A stretch of 64,000 bases of DNA from Diplonema japonicum (Eukaryota; Protista; Euglenozoa: Diplonemea). A program made the translations under genes and the position numbers. The stretch covers positions 558,001 through 622,000 of the forward strand of contig OZ025650.1 in NCBI GenBank assembly GCA_964019335.1, in the 5' to 3' direction. The stretch's first letter is position 1, and each line of letters opens with the position of its first letter. Of this stretch, positions 22,642-33,914 are shown in pieces. Under the pieces are notes generated by a model that was given only the letters and a program-made list of their open reading frames with translations, did not search any database and was not told the origin of the DNA.

Positions 22642-23460
22642 TTATGACTCAAGTACACGTTTTGCATCCCGCACGTGAAGCTCTTCGATCATCTGCCCCC
22701 TTAGTACAACTATGCCTGGGTGCGTGCCATCAGGCTTGACTGCTGCATCCCACGCGTCAACGATGTCACGGGCAACCGCGTAGGCCTCGGCTGTGGGCGA
22801 GAAGGCGTCATTGATGATATCCACTTGCGCGGGGTGGATACATGTTTTCCCTGTGAAGCCGAGAGAAGCACCTTGCAATGCTTCGTCCTTGAGGGGTGTA
22901 AGGTCCTTGAACGATGGGTGGACCGCATCGAAGGCGTTAATGCTTGCAGCACGCGCAGAAACTACAATGGAAGAGAGAGAATGCAAGAGAGGAAGCCTGC
23001 TTGGTGCCACAGGCTTAGGAAGACGCAGGTCGGCAGCAAGGTCTTGTGTGCCGGCAACCAACGCTGACACAGCCCTTGAGATGGTGGCCACGCTTTCCAC
23101 ACCGCGTGCAGTCTCAATCATTGCCCAGAGTTCCTGCGTGGGGTTGGCGGGGAGATGCACATTAACATCTTCGACTTTCGGAATAAGTACTGTGACACCA
23201 AGATCCTTGACAGCAGCGTAGTCATCCCCACCCCACCTCGTGTCCAGCCCGTTGATCCTGACAACCATCGGTACTACTGATTGTTTCACATGATCAACGA
23301 CGTTCTGCCTTGCTTCCACTTTCTTATCGGGGTGCACCGCGTCCTCCAAATCAACGATCACAAAGTCTGCAGGAGTCGCACCGCCCAACGCTTTTCCCAT
23401 AGCTTTCAGGTTGCTACCCGGGACAAACAGACCGCTTCTTAATTTTTTGAAGGCGTTCAT
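22642..23460 (-). CDS. HpcH/HpaI aldolase / citrate lyase beta-subunit (CitE, malyl-CoA lyase-like) family protein
   Basis: RSGLFVPGSN, VDLEDAV, VRIN, IPKVE, MIETARG, GFTGKTCIHPAQV. Confidence 0.9.
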   Translation of the reverse strand: MNAFKKLRSGLFVPGSNLKAMGKALGGATPADFVIVDLEDAVHPDKKVEARQNVVDHVKQSVVPMVVRINGLDTRWGGDDYAAVKDLGVTVLIPKVEDVNVHLPANPTQELWAMIETARGVESVATISRAVSALVAGTQDLAADLRLPKPVAPSRLPLLHSLSSIVVSARAASINAFDAVHPSFKDLTPLKDEALQGASLGFTGKTCIHPAQVDIINDAFSPTAEAYAVARDIVDAWDAAVKPDGTHPGIVVLRGQMIEELHVRDAKRVLES

Positions 23461-23603
23461 TTTAGTTAGTTTTCTTTCTCGTTCTTTTTTTCTTCTTTTT
23501 TATTCCAACAAACTGCGAGTACGAACCATAATAAGAATTGAACAGTTCTTCTAACAATATCTTCCCGACCTGCTGATAATTACCACAAGCAGACACGCTG
23601 TGG

Positions 23604-24009
23604 CTACCCTGTGTCAGCGTTATTTATTAGTTGTTCCAGCTCCCCCACGAAGTCTTGAATCGTATTCTCACGCATTGCCGACTGCTTATGGACTTCGTCA
23701 GCTGTAATAATGTGCATTTTTTTGTTGTTGTTTGCAATGCATACCAGCCAACCGAAGATCTGCAGCAGCAGCTTTCAAGTCTCCACTTTTATCAGCAGCA
23801 TGTATAAGATGGTATGGGCATGCCAGCTTTGTGTATCCAGGATCGTTTTTTTCCAAAGCCCCTTTCGTTTGTTTAAGGTTCTCTACATAGTCGTTTATGT
23901 GGTTATGATACTCACTAGTATCACCTGCTTCATCTTTTGCACTTGCTTCGATCGCACTTAAGGTGCTAATTGTCTCTTTTAGACATTTCAGCACATCATC
24001 CGCAGACAT
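23604..24009 (-). CDS. Small helical protein, possibly a divergent Mediator subunit Med10
   Basis: The 43-nt intron 23702-23744 extends the ORF to a stop at 23604. INDYVENLKQ...CPYHLIHAADKSG...IQDFVGEL resembles the Med10 layout. The gene is well supported; the family call is weak. Confidence 0.5.
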
Positions 24010-24081
24010 CTTTTCTCCTTTTTTGGGCTTGTAGTCAACGGCATAAGATCAGAGGAGACAAATACAAGTAAGTGTGGCAGC

Positions 24082-24498
24082 TCACTCATCAGGCAGGACC
24101 GTATAAGCAATGCAGCCACCATGAGAGACTGTATTGTATAGGGCTACTGAGTACGTTGGGTAGTCCTCAAGGATAGCTCGGCTGAGCACAACTTCTTTTT
24201 TTTTCATCCCCTTCAAAATATGCACGACTTGTTCCAAGTAGCACTGCAACTTCAGCTCACCTGTCTCTTCGTCGCCATTTGCGAGCAGGACAACGTCGTC
24301 CAGTGCCGTGTACACAACAAGGCCCACTCCTTTACCAAAACTGCTACCGAAGTAACTTTCCTCAGTCCAAGTCTCCGGCCACGTGTACGATTCGCTCAGC
24401 ACCACTTGCTCCCAGGCGCTACTCCGTGTATCCCACCGTGTGCTCCAGAGCTTCTTATTGGTCCCCATCTGGAGCAGCATCAAGCCCGCAATGGACAT
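24082..24498 (-). CDS. Longin-fold adaptor small subunit (sigma/zeta-COP superfamily), closest by eye to TSET TSPOON / plant LOLITA
   Basis: VVYTALDDVVLLANGDEETGELKL...ILEDYPTYSVAL, with a Trp in helix 1. Confidence 0.6.
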   Translation of the reverse strand: MSIAGLMLLQMGTNKKLWSTRWDTRSSAWEQVVLSESYTWPETWTEESYFGSSFGKGVGLVVYTALDDVVLLANGDEETGELKLQCYLEQVVHILKGMKKKEVVLSRAILEDYPTYSVALYNTVSHGGCIAYTVLPDE

Positions 24499-24669
24499 AT
24501 TTTCCTTTAATGTGGTTGCTATGTAAGAATGTTTATACGGAAATAAGAGGTCACACTCCCAGAGGGGATGCTACCACCCACCTCGTCTGTGTTAGCAAAC
24601 AAAATATCACTAAAACATTCCGCCTCAGATAAGTGAAAGAAAATGAGAACACTAATTGTTTGCCGAGCT

Positions 24670-26457
24670 CTAGTTGTTCCACCTCTGGCCACCCTGTCGA
24701 CGATTCCCTCCCCTGCCCCAAGATCCATTGCTTCCCGTATGCTGAGATGCAGCCATGGATTGAAGTAAAGCCTGTTCATGATTAATTGCCAATAAGAAGT
24801 GCATACCTGCATCGCATCGCTTCCTTGTCCAAAACCAGGTTGCGGTTGCGGGGGAGCTGGTTGGGTTCTCTGCTGCTGCTGCTTGCGCAGCCTCTGTTGC
24901 TGAAGCAACTGCTGAACAGCAGCCTGGCCCTGGTCATCAACCTGTCCGAACTGCGTTCCCTGTGGGCAGTTTCTGGCGTTTGCAGCTTGGAGATCCATCA
25001 CAGCATTGTTAACAGCAGGAAGAAGAGAAGCGAGGTTGAGAAGGGGGTTGGCTTGCAAAGCTGTAAGAGCAGCCAGGGAGTTTAACTGATTAATAGCTGC
25101 CTGTTGATACTGCATCTGGGGAACTTGTCTGTTTGCCGAATGTTGATAACCACAAGCGTCCCCCTTGCTGCATCCAGAAGGTGATGAAAAATAATAGCAT
25201 TCTTGGGGTTTTCGAACTTGACCTTGTTGGGGCTGATCTTGTTCCTGCACTTGAGTTTGAGCTTTGTCTTTGTCGTGCTTTTTCTGTGAAGGGGTATGAA
25301 TAAAATCTTTTCCACACACCTTAGGGTTTTTTCCTTTAACGACACTGGAGGTCTTCCTCAGCTCGCCAAGTCCCTCGAAGTCGATAGGTTCGCCAAGCTC
25401 GGGAAGTTCACCATCGGGCAGGCATTCAAGGTCGGCCATGTGCTTCTGATCTTGAACGGTGCACTTGAATAAGTCAGGAAGGGTCCTGGCTATCTCTCTT
25501 ACACCACCAGAGAATTTGACAATTGGTATGAAGGGCGTGTTGTAGGCAATGTTGCCCACTTTAGAAAGAGCCATCGGACCGGATGTGCGGAGATACACTG
25601 CGAGGAGTCTTGCAAACTGTAGTACGTGGAACAAGAGGGAGAACATACCGCTTGCTTGAGGCGTCCGAACTCAGGATGGTCCTTCGGGACGTTGAGAACG
25701 TACTCAGACGGCTGCTGAAGAATGAAGTGCTCTTCAGAGCCGGTAGCCACTTTGACGTACCCGCCACGAACAGTGCCCCATTTGTCGTTTTCAATTGTTT
25801 TGATCTCCTGTAATAGTGTTTAACTTGCTTTCGGAAACATACCTCGCAGAAGATAATGTCGTTCTTGTGCACCGTCATGATCGTTTCTGCTTCGTCAGAT
25901 GCCTCGCTTTTGACGTGGCTTTCGTTCAAAGCGGTCATTGTCACTTTCGTGTTCAGTGACTTCTGCTTCTGTCGCTTTCTTGGGTTAAGCGCTTTCTCTT
26001 CGGTTTGTTCATCTTGGTGCGTTTTTTCAACTTCGCTCGCAACCTTCGCCTTCTCCAGCTCTGCGTCCTTCCAGTCATTCACGCTTGTGTGTGCACTTCC
26101 ATCAAGGAACATAAAAGAGCCTGCTACGAGCGGAATATCTTCAACAAGTTCCATTGCGCACTTCTTGATAAGTTCTGAGCACTCGCTCGGGTTCAGCTCA
26201 CTAACAGGCCCCACGCCCTCTGGGAGTGGGTTGTCATCAGCTACTTTTGTGAGCCAATTTCGGTATTGTTCCCCCCTCTCTATTTGCTCCTTTTCTTCCC
26301 CATTGTCTCGCAGATCAACAAAAGACGAGACAGCATTTTCAGTGTTCTTCAGAGTTCCTACTAGCCAATTCTGCAGCTCTACTTTTGTATCCATCTTGTC
26401 TTCCTCAACCGGTGCTGCGACTTCCTCGCCATCTTCTTCTCTAGGTCGTTTTGTCAT
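24670..26457 (-). CDS. Putative RNA-binding protein: SH3b-like segment, CCCH zinc finger, Gln-rich and RG-rich tail
   Basis: Introns 25808-25842, 25617-25648 and 24772-24806 join three ORF-track fragments. CYYFSSPSGCSKGDACGYQH; ends WGRGGNRRQGGQRWNN*. Confidence 0.75.
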
Positions 26458-28430
26458 GTTGTGCCTGTGTGCGTATTGCTGATAGTAAAAACGAGGAAAA
26501 AAGGATAACTGTTGAACAAGTTTTGTTTAAGACTAGGTTTCATGAAATGAGGCCGTTTTCTGTTTGTCAAGGAGCACGGGGACAGAGTGGCGGAAGCCTT
26601 TCTTAGTGCTCTGCTTGCGCTGACTTCAACCTCTTCTTGGAAACACACAAAAGGATTTCGGTGGGGCTTAAGCTGTAGTATGTCAGGTGGGTTTTCCACG
26701 GCTTCGTCAGGCTGCGGGTGATTCTGAACCTCTTTCCAACCTTTTTTTATAGCTGCCTCTAGGTCAGTAGAGTTGAGTTTGAGGCTCCATTGCGGGCGCT
26801 GTAGTGTAAGTCTAGGCGGTGGCTCAAGAGTGAGAGCTAGTGGATGCCCTTCTGCTAAGCAGAGTTTTCGATCGTAATCTTCCATCTGGCGTTTCCATTC
26901 TTGCTGTGCGGCGCGGTAGGCTGAAAGATCCTTCGAATACCTTTTCCGTTTCGCAAATATCAGTTGAAGCAACTTCTTCTTCTTCCAAAGCTCTGCACAG
27001 TGATGTACCTTCATTTTGTGGCTACTGTATTCGGTTGCCAATTTCAAAAGTGTGGCATCGTCAAGCTCGTCTTCTCTTCCTGCAAGGAAGGCCTCTGCCG
27101 TATTCAGCAAGGCAGAGCAGTTATGGGACTTCTTTGGTGAGTGCAAAAGGAGTGAGGACCTACGTCGAGTCCTCCTCATCCTCATCTCAGCACGAATTTT
27201 ATTCACCTCATCTACCCTCGCCTTGGTGGCGAGTGATGTCTCCAGCGTGTCCCACTGGTTTGACATCACAAACACAAGAAACTTACGTCTCACCTGCTGT
27301 GTCCGCTCCCAGCGCTGAATCTTTGTAACAGCACCAAATAGTCTGCTGACTGCCACCCGGAAGAGCAACCCGTGGCTTTTAGCAAAGGCTAGTATTGTCT
27401 GCCTCACAATATCGATCATTTTCATTCTGTTGTGTCGGCGGAACTTCCCAACCAACACCATTCCCGTGTATGACGGGAACATAACAGGCATTTGCTCTTG
27501 TCTTCTACTACGAATTCTTTTTACGTACCTACGAAGCCCCTTCTGAATGCACAGTGCCGCTTTTGTTCTACTTGTAGCGTTGCGCGTCGCGGCTATCCTC
27601 TTCAGCACCCCCAACAGCTGCAACCCCTTGCAAACAGCTGTAACAGCAGAACACCATGTTTCTGATAACTGTTCCCGAGCAGCTTCCGTGAGGTATCGTC
27701 CCCTTCGTATGCATGTTTGTCTCCCTTCATATTTTGACTTTATTTTGTGTAATGTTGCCTCCATGAATTGCTTTTCGCGTTGGTATCTCTGTTCTTGTAC
27801 CCTTTCTACCTTTTTGAACAGCACTTCTGCACGGTCTGCAGATCCGGACTGGTGTGCTGTCCGGACAATCTTTTTGTTTTCGGTAATGAAATCTCTATTT
27901 ACACATTTCCGAGTCTTCTGCTGTGTTTTGCGTACTGCTTGTGAAAACAGCTTCCGGTCTGCAGGCGATTCTCGCAAGATATCCAAAGCTGCACGATTGG
28001 GGGTATCGGGGTACATCTCGCCGAGAACTTCGCGGAATCTGTTCAGATCGCCAGACTGCAAGGTGTCCCTTATTGACTGGTCCCATTTGATCCCGCATAG
28101 TTCTGACTTCGGCTCTGGTTTCGGTGTTAAGAAGGTTTCTGCAATTAGTGAGGTGTTCCCCAACAACGGTTTTAGCCTTTTGAGCATCACTCCCAGTTCC
28201 TCGTGGATGCACTCTCGTTGTCTTACTTCAGAGGTGGCATCACAATACCCCACATCTTCGCAGTTGTCTTCGCACTCTGCAAGGACACTGTTCACAAGCC
28301 TGTTCCGTTCTTGTACGATTTTTGTCACGTTGCACGGCTCAAAAGTCTCCTCAACCAGTCTCCCACAGGAGGACAAGGGCGTCTCGAACGAGGTGTCGCT
28401 GATGTTCTTAAGCCGAAGGGAAAAGGCCAT
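26454..28430 (-). CDS. IQ-motif-containing basic hypothetical protein
   Basis: AALCIQKGLRRYVKR, AVTKIQRWER; ~650-aa ORF. Confidence 0.7.
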   Translation of the reverse strand: MAFSLRLKNISDTSFETPLSSCGRLVEETFEPCNVTKIVQERNRLVNSVLAECEDNCEDVGYCDATSEVRQRECIHEELGVMLKRLKPLLGNTSLIAETFLTPKPEPKSELCGIKWDQSIRDTLQSGDLNRFREVLGEMYPDTPNRAALDILRESPADRKLFSQAVRKTQQKTRKCVNRDFITENKKIVRTAHQSGSADRAEVLFKKVERVQEQRYQREKQFMEATLHKIKSKYEGRQTCIRRGRYLTEAAREQLSETWCSAVTAVCKGLQLLGVLKRIAATRNATSRTKAALCIQKGLRRYVKRIRSRRQEQMPVMFPSYTGMVLVGKFRRHNRMKMIDIVRQTILAFAKSHGLLFRVAVSRLFGAVTKIQRWERTQQVRRKFLVFVMSNQWDTLETSLATKARVDEVNKIRAEMRMRRTRRRSSLLLHSPKKSHNCSALLNTAEAFLAGREDELDDATLLKLATEYSSHKMKVHHCAELWKKKKLLQLIFAKRKRYSKDLSAYRAAQQEWKRQMEDYDRKLCLAEGHPLALTLEPPPRLTLQRPQWSLKLNSTDLEAAIKKGWKEVQNHPQPDEAVENPPDILQLKPHRNPFVCFQEEVEVSASRALRKASATLSPCSLTNRKRPHFMKPSLKQNLFNSYPFFLVFTISNTHTGTT

Positions 28431-28593
28431 GTGAGGTGTTGGACATCGCTGCAATGATGTGCTTCAATAAAGTAAGGAAGAGATTGGTAGACTCTAAAAC
28501 GGAAATACAATAAACACAACGAGCAAGCCCTATGACTTATATTTCTATTGTGTCAGAGTGTGCGCAGACAACAACAGAACAAGTCGTTGTTGC

Positions 28594-31140
28594 CTACTTT
28601 TTGGTTTCAATCTCAAGCTCTACGAAGTTATTGCTGCGTGAGCCTCTCCTCGATGCAAGTGACTCAGATGTCCTTGATGGGTTCATCACCAGCTCTGTCA
28701 TATCGGACACCATATCCATCTGGCGATTGGTAACAGAGTGTCGTGTGCATACTTTTAAATACTCCGCTATCGCAGGGCTTCCGTTCACTTCTAAAAGCCA
28801 AACACGCAAGTCTGCATCTACTAGAAAGTCAAACCCAAAGAGCTGAAATGCTTTTAAGGGTTGAGGTGGGTCTGTCATGTACGGTGCAGCTGCTTGGAAC
28901 ATCACGGACGTGATCTTGTTCAGTTGCGGCTCGATATCAGCATAAAAAGACCTGGGAGGCTGGAGGGTCTTCATGAAGGCGTCGAACTGATCGAACCACA
29001 TTTCATTTCCTTCCTCGTACTGCGAAAATTTTGTGCCCATTTCTTGAATGTGGTGGTTGGTGATGTGCGTTAAGTGGTCGTCTAGGTTGTTCAGAGACTT
29101 CTCAGAATAGTGGTAACTTGATGTCCTGCAGACGCCTTGCTTGTACACGTAAACAGCCCCACCAGATGTCAAAAGCACCCATGTTCTGATATCAAACTTT
29201 CTGCCCTTTATCAAGAAAGGCCTTTCCAGATATTTCTGAGCAACCCACTTGAACTTCCGTTGTTGTGAATCCACAAAGCTGATAAGTTCCTCTTTATTCT
29301 TCGAAATCTTTAAGTTCAACCCCTTGGAACCGTGGGAAGACTTTGCGATCCAAAAGGTGTTTCCTGTACCAGCGTCGGATAAAAATGCGCTCCGCTCATC
29401 AGACCCGTTTGGTACCAGCATGTAGGTCTTTGGTGTGAGAGTGTAAGGGTTTTTCATGTATTCCCTCAAGACCTCAACCATCCTCGATTTCAGAGTCATA
29501 TTTTTGGATCCCGCAAAGTAGTTCACGAACAGCAGTTTACGTCGCTGGAGCAGGCTGCCCACACCCACGCTGGACGCGTTCACGAGTGCGCTGTGATGGT
29601 ATGCTTCATATGACTTGCGCCTTGCCCGCTGCCTTGCTCGCTGCAACTCCTCGATCAGACATTCTATTTGAAACTTATCACCCAGCAAGAGTTTAATATC
29701 AGAATAGTCCGTACTGGTCACGTTGCCTGTCCCAGGCCGCTGCTTCCACAACTGGTCCACGAGCGCATCGCCCATTGCATCAAACGTCATTCCAAGCCCT
29801 TCATTTTTCATAAACCACAAGAGTTCGTTCTTCACAACTGCTTTCTCAACTGGTGCGGGCTTTCCTGCTGTGCGTGAGGTGCCAGGAGAGGGTGTCAGGG
29901 AACGTGGTTTCAGAACCCTTTTCGGCTTTGTTCCTACCTTGGCTTCCTTACGTACCCTGCTTGGCACTCTCGGAACCTTCGTCGACGTTGCAGGTTCTTC
30001 TCGCTTCACTGTGTAGCTGTAGTTGTTTATCTTGTATTCAGAAAGAACACGCGAAGATCTTGCACTGCAGTGGCTTCTAGAAAATCCCGAGGCGGTTCTC
30101 ACAACACTGTCCGTTCTCTTCATCGGGGTACAGGAGCTTCGTGATGATGGATACGCTCGTGCACTGTTACAACGCTTTAATGGAGCACCCACACTTTTGC
30201 CCCTTCGAGGAGATTTAACAGGGTCAACATGACAAGAAGAACTCCTCTCAAACCCCAAGGCATTCTGCAACTTCGACAACACCCTCCTCAGAGAGGGATT
30301 AGGGTTGGGCACAGCCTTTGAAAGCGCTTTTCTGACTATAAGAACTAACAGATGAGGGGCACATGCTTGTGAGCTGGTTTTTTCTAGAACACCTATCCAC
30401 CGAGAACGACAAGCACCAATCTGTTCTTGAATCACTCTTGCAACAGTGGGCATTAAGGGGTCGCTGTACTTTGCGTACCTTCCTGCTACTGATGCAGCAG
30501 ATGATGCTGCTGCATGAGCGTCTTCCCAATATTGTAAGGAATGCTCATATTCGCTGTGTGCTAAAGTTTCATATGAAATAGCACAAACAATGCATGACAT
30601 AAGGCTCCTGAGACCTTGCTTCTCATAAAAACTTCGCAATGCATAGCTAGCATGTGTCAATGCATTTGTTGCAGATCCTAGTTGGATGTGAACCCACGAT
30701 AGGGCAAGTGATGCTCTTGCAGACACCACATCAGGCTGTTCTCCCAACATCGACAATGCATCAGGTGCGGGGTGCCTGACATATGACAATGCTGTCTGCA
30801 ATTGATCCTTTGCCAGTGCTAGTGATGCTCCATCCAAGGCACTGATAATACCACGACACAGAAACACATGCCCTCGCAAGGAGTACCGTATCCGATAGCT
30901 AGACTGGTCTTCCCATCGTGCTTTTTGTTCATCACTAGTCCACACATCTGCCTTGTTCAAATAGCTGGTTGCATCTTCAGGCTTTCCAGAGCGTATACAG
31001 CCTTCTGATAAAATCAATAGTGAGGACACATATGTGGTCAGAGTCTCAACACCACACTTACTTCCTTCACCAAGTAAACTCTCACACCATTCAACCAGCA
31101 AAGTGTCATCGCTACTTGAGTCATATTTTGAGTGGTTCAT
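28594..31140 (-). CDS. TTL: Tubulin-tyrosine ligase with a long N-terminal helical (TPR-like) and Ser/Arg-rich extension
   Basis: WIAKSSHGSKG, QKYLERP..RKFDIRTWVL, HITNH.IQ..YEEGNEM, FQLFGFDFLVD..WLLEVNGSPA; in-frame 33-nt intron 28720-28752. Confidence 0.85.
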   Translation of the reverse strand: MNHSKYDSSSDDTLLVEWCESLLGEGSKCGVETLTTYVSSLLILSEGCIRSGKPEDATSYLNKADVWTSDEQKARWEDQSSYRIRYSLRGHVFLCRGIISALDGASLALAKDQLQTALSYVRHPAPDALSMLGEQPDVVSARASLALSWVHIQLGSATNALTHASYALRSFYEKQGLRSLMSCIVCAISYETLAHSEYEHSLQYWEDAHAAASSAASVAGRYAKYSDPLMPTVARVIQEQIGACRSRWIGVLEKTSSQACAPHLLVLIVRKALSKAVPNPNPSLRRVLSKLQNALGFERSSSCHVDPVKSPRRGKSVGAPLKRCNSARAYPSSRSSCTPMKRTDSVVRTASGFSRSHCSARSSRVLSEYKINNYSYTVKREEPATSTKVPRVPSRVRKEAKVGTKPKRVLKPRSLTPSPGTSRTAGKPAPVEKAVVKNELLWFMKNEGLGMTFDAMGDALVDQLWKQRPGTGNVTSTDYSDIKLLLGDKFQIECLIEELQRARQRARRKSYEAYHHSALVNASSVGVGSLLQRRKLLFVNYFAGSKNMTLKSRMVEVLREYMKNPYTLTPKTYMLVPNGSDERSAFLSDAGTGNTFWIAKSSHGSKGLNLKISKNKEELISFVDSQQRKFKWVAQKYLERPFLIKGRKFDIRTWVLLTSGGAVYVYKQGVCRTSSYHYSEKSLNNLDDHLTHITNHHIQEMGTKFSQYEEGNEMWFDQFDAFMKTLQPPRSFYADIEPQLNKITSVMFQAAAPYMTDPPQPLKAFQLFGFDFLVDADLRVWLLEVNGSPAIAEYLKVCTRHSVTNRQMDMVSDMTELVMNPSRTSESLASRRGSRSNNFVELEIETKK

Positions 31141-33914
31141 GTATCCTGTGTGGTTGTGGCACCAAATCAATTAACTTTCTGGCAAGTAGATAAATCCAAA
31201 TGAAGTCAAAAAGAGAGGAAAGGGCTTGGCCAGCCAAAAGAAAAAATAGCTATTTATTAAGTGAAAATAAGATAGCATTATATCACGTGTGGTGGCAGGG
31301 GGTTTAACGAGTAGGGATCTTAGTTTACTTCCACAAGCACAGCAAGTGAAGTAAAAGCTACGAGTTAAACCTGCCACCACAAGTGGAATAATGCTCTTAT
31401 TTTCACTAATAGCATATGAAAACAGAGAGTCGAATAAAAAAGAATAAAGGTGACTGACATCCTCAAGAGGAGCCTCCCACATACCAAAAATTAAGCAGGG
31501 GTTGCTTCCATGGCCTGTATCAGTCTATCACCAGAAAGAATAATGAAAATAACAGAACAAAGTGAAAAGGCAAGAGAAAAGACGGCCTGGTTGCCAGGAA
31601 GTGCTGGTTCAGACATGTCAGTTTAATGTCTGCCAAGGCAGTGTTGGGTACCTCCTCTGCAGCCGAAAAATGGGACAAGAGGGAAATGGGTCAAGAAAGG
31701 ACAACAGGGGTCAAGAGTGGACCACCTGAAAACCCCCCTCTGACCCCCAGAAATGTCAAAATGTGTCAAAACATGTTTTTATTACTTTCTACCAAACTCC
31801 ACAATGGTGGAAAGTCACACACAATGTCCCCAACATTCTATGAACCAGAGTTGGGTACCCCTCTGTCCAGCATTGGCAAGGTCCCTGGGACCTGGGGCAG
31901 TGTTGTTACAGGAAAAAACCCGGGGGGGTGGGGGGGTGGGGGGGCAAAAAAAAATTTTTTTTTCTAGGGACCCTCACACATTTAGCACCCTCAAAACAGA
32001 CTTTTTTGGAAATTTTTGGCCAAAGAAAAATTTTTTTTTCCCAGGGGACCCCAAACTTGGGGTCACTTTGGCCATTTTTGACCCCAAAATTTTTTTTCTG
32101 GAAAAAGCCAGAAATCATGAAATTTATATTAAAAACACCTTATAAACCCATTTCTGCAAACCAAAAAGTTCAGAAAGGTGTTTAGGTGGAATACACATCT
32201 CTAAACTATATTCTGAAGTAAAAAGTAAGTAAAAATCCGAAAATCTCAGGGGGGTAACTCATCCTCATGACAACACTGGGAGGGCAAAAAATAATTTTTT
32301 TTTGAACACCCAATTTGGTCCTGAAAATGGAATTCTGAACAGCCAATGGAAAGTTTTTACCCCACTTGGACTGAAAAAAATCTTTCAAAAATCACTTTAG
32401 GAATTTTTCCTTAGGGTCTAAATGGCCACCTGAAAATCACAAAATCAAGCTTCATTTTAGAATGGTATTTTTGGAATTTTGGCCTAATTTTAGGTGATGA
32501 TAAGAAAATGCTCCAGTAGGTTTCCCAGCTGTGGTCACCTAATTGATTTTTAAGATTTATATCATTTGAAAATTAAAGTACCCAGCTGTGGTTACTTAAT
32601 CAAAAAAGAATAGTCCATTTAACCATGTATTCAAACCTTTTACCTCTTACTTGCTTTTTTTTTTTGGAATTTACTTTATTTCACTTTTTTGGTTCTTTGC
32701 CCAGCAATAGTAGTTGGTCTTTCTTCTTGGCTGCAATCTCCTTCACCTCCAGTGCTTTGCCAACAATAGCAGTGTGTCAGTGGTGGCACCTTCTTCACCT
32801 CAGGTTCATCTGGTCAGCCAACCTGACAGGTAGAGGATGATATGCTAATACTAGTGCTGATGCAGAATCAAACCAGGAACCTAACTAATGGTTAGTGGAG
32901 GTCCTAACCACTAGTGTGAACTTGCTGGCTTGACAGAATATATATTATGTTGGTCAAACACAAACAGTGAAGACTATCAAGCCTCACAGGTCATGATGAG
33001 ATGTTTTCAATTTTTGTTGCAGAAAAAAACAGTGGCAGTGACCACTGCAAACCCCAATGTCATCAGGAACAACTGCTGTTGTGCTGCAGCCTTGGCTCAT
33101 ACTGTGAGGATCACCATAACATCAGAGTTCATAATTATCTTGTCAAGCTCCATCTGGGCTTGTTGGTGGATGTGTGTGGAAACTTGCTGAAGATGTGAGT
33201 CGAATATGCATTGCAGGTGCATGTCCCTTGCCACAAAGTTCAACAAACTCCTTTCCTTCCTCCAACCTCACCCACCTCTACACTTCTTTCTTACATCAAC
33301 AGGAGCCAGTGTCATAGGGGGAGCTGATGTGACCAAAGGGTCATAATGTGGGTTCTCCTTTTGCTTGCTGTAACTCAACCACCAGGTTTTTGGGAATGAC
33401 TGTGACCATGTTCTGATGTTTTGTTTGATTTTGAGTGTTGAGAATTAGGAAGCATAGCAAAAACTATGTTTAGCATCCTGCCCACTTGCATGATAGCATC
33501 TTTACCAGAGCTCCCCAAGTCTCATGTGTTCTCATCAACCAAAAGTTTTTTTTTTTAAATACTGTGGTCCATTCATCTCACTTGTATTTGGTATCATCCA
33601 CCCTTCCTGATGGTTCCCTTCTTCCACATACTTGTCCAGCACAAATAGGTGAGGCCTGGAGGGACAAAAGCTAAGTGAACATTCTAAAAACAAGTTCACA
33701 AATCATCTGTAGTGTGGCCATTGCCTAGTCATCTAGGATGAGTAAGATGGGCTCATTGGGTGCCCAATGACTTAATAAGTTTATAGCAGGAGAAAGACAT
33801 GTTTTACCCAGAGCTAAGCATTTTTTTGGGTAGCCAGTGAGATTTCAAAGCTGTTAAGGGTGTGTATGTTTATACAACCTGTGTAAACAGATTGGTTCCT
33901 TGCTTTCAGCACCA

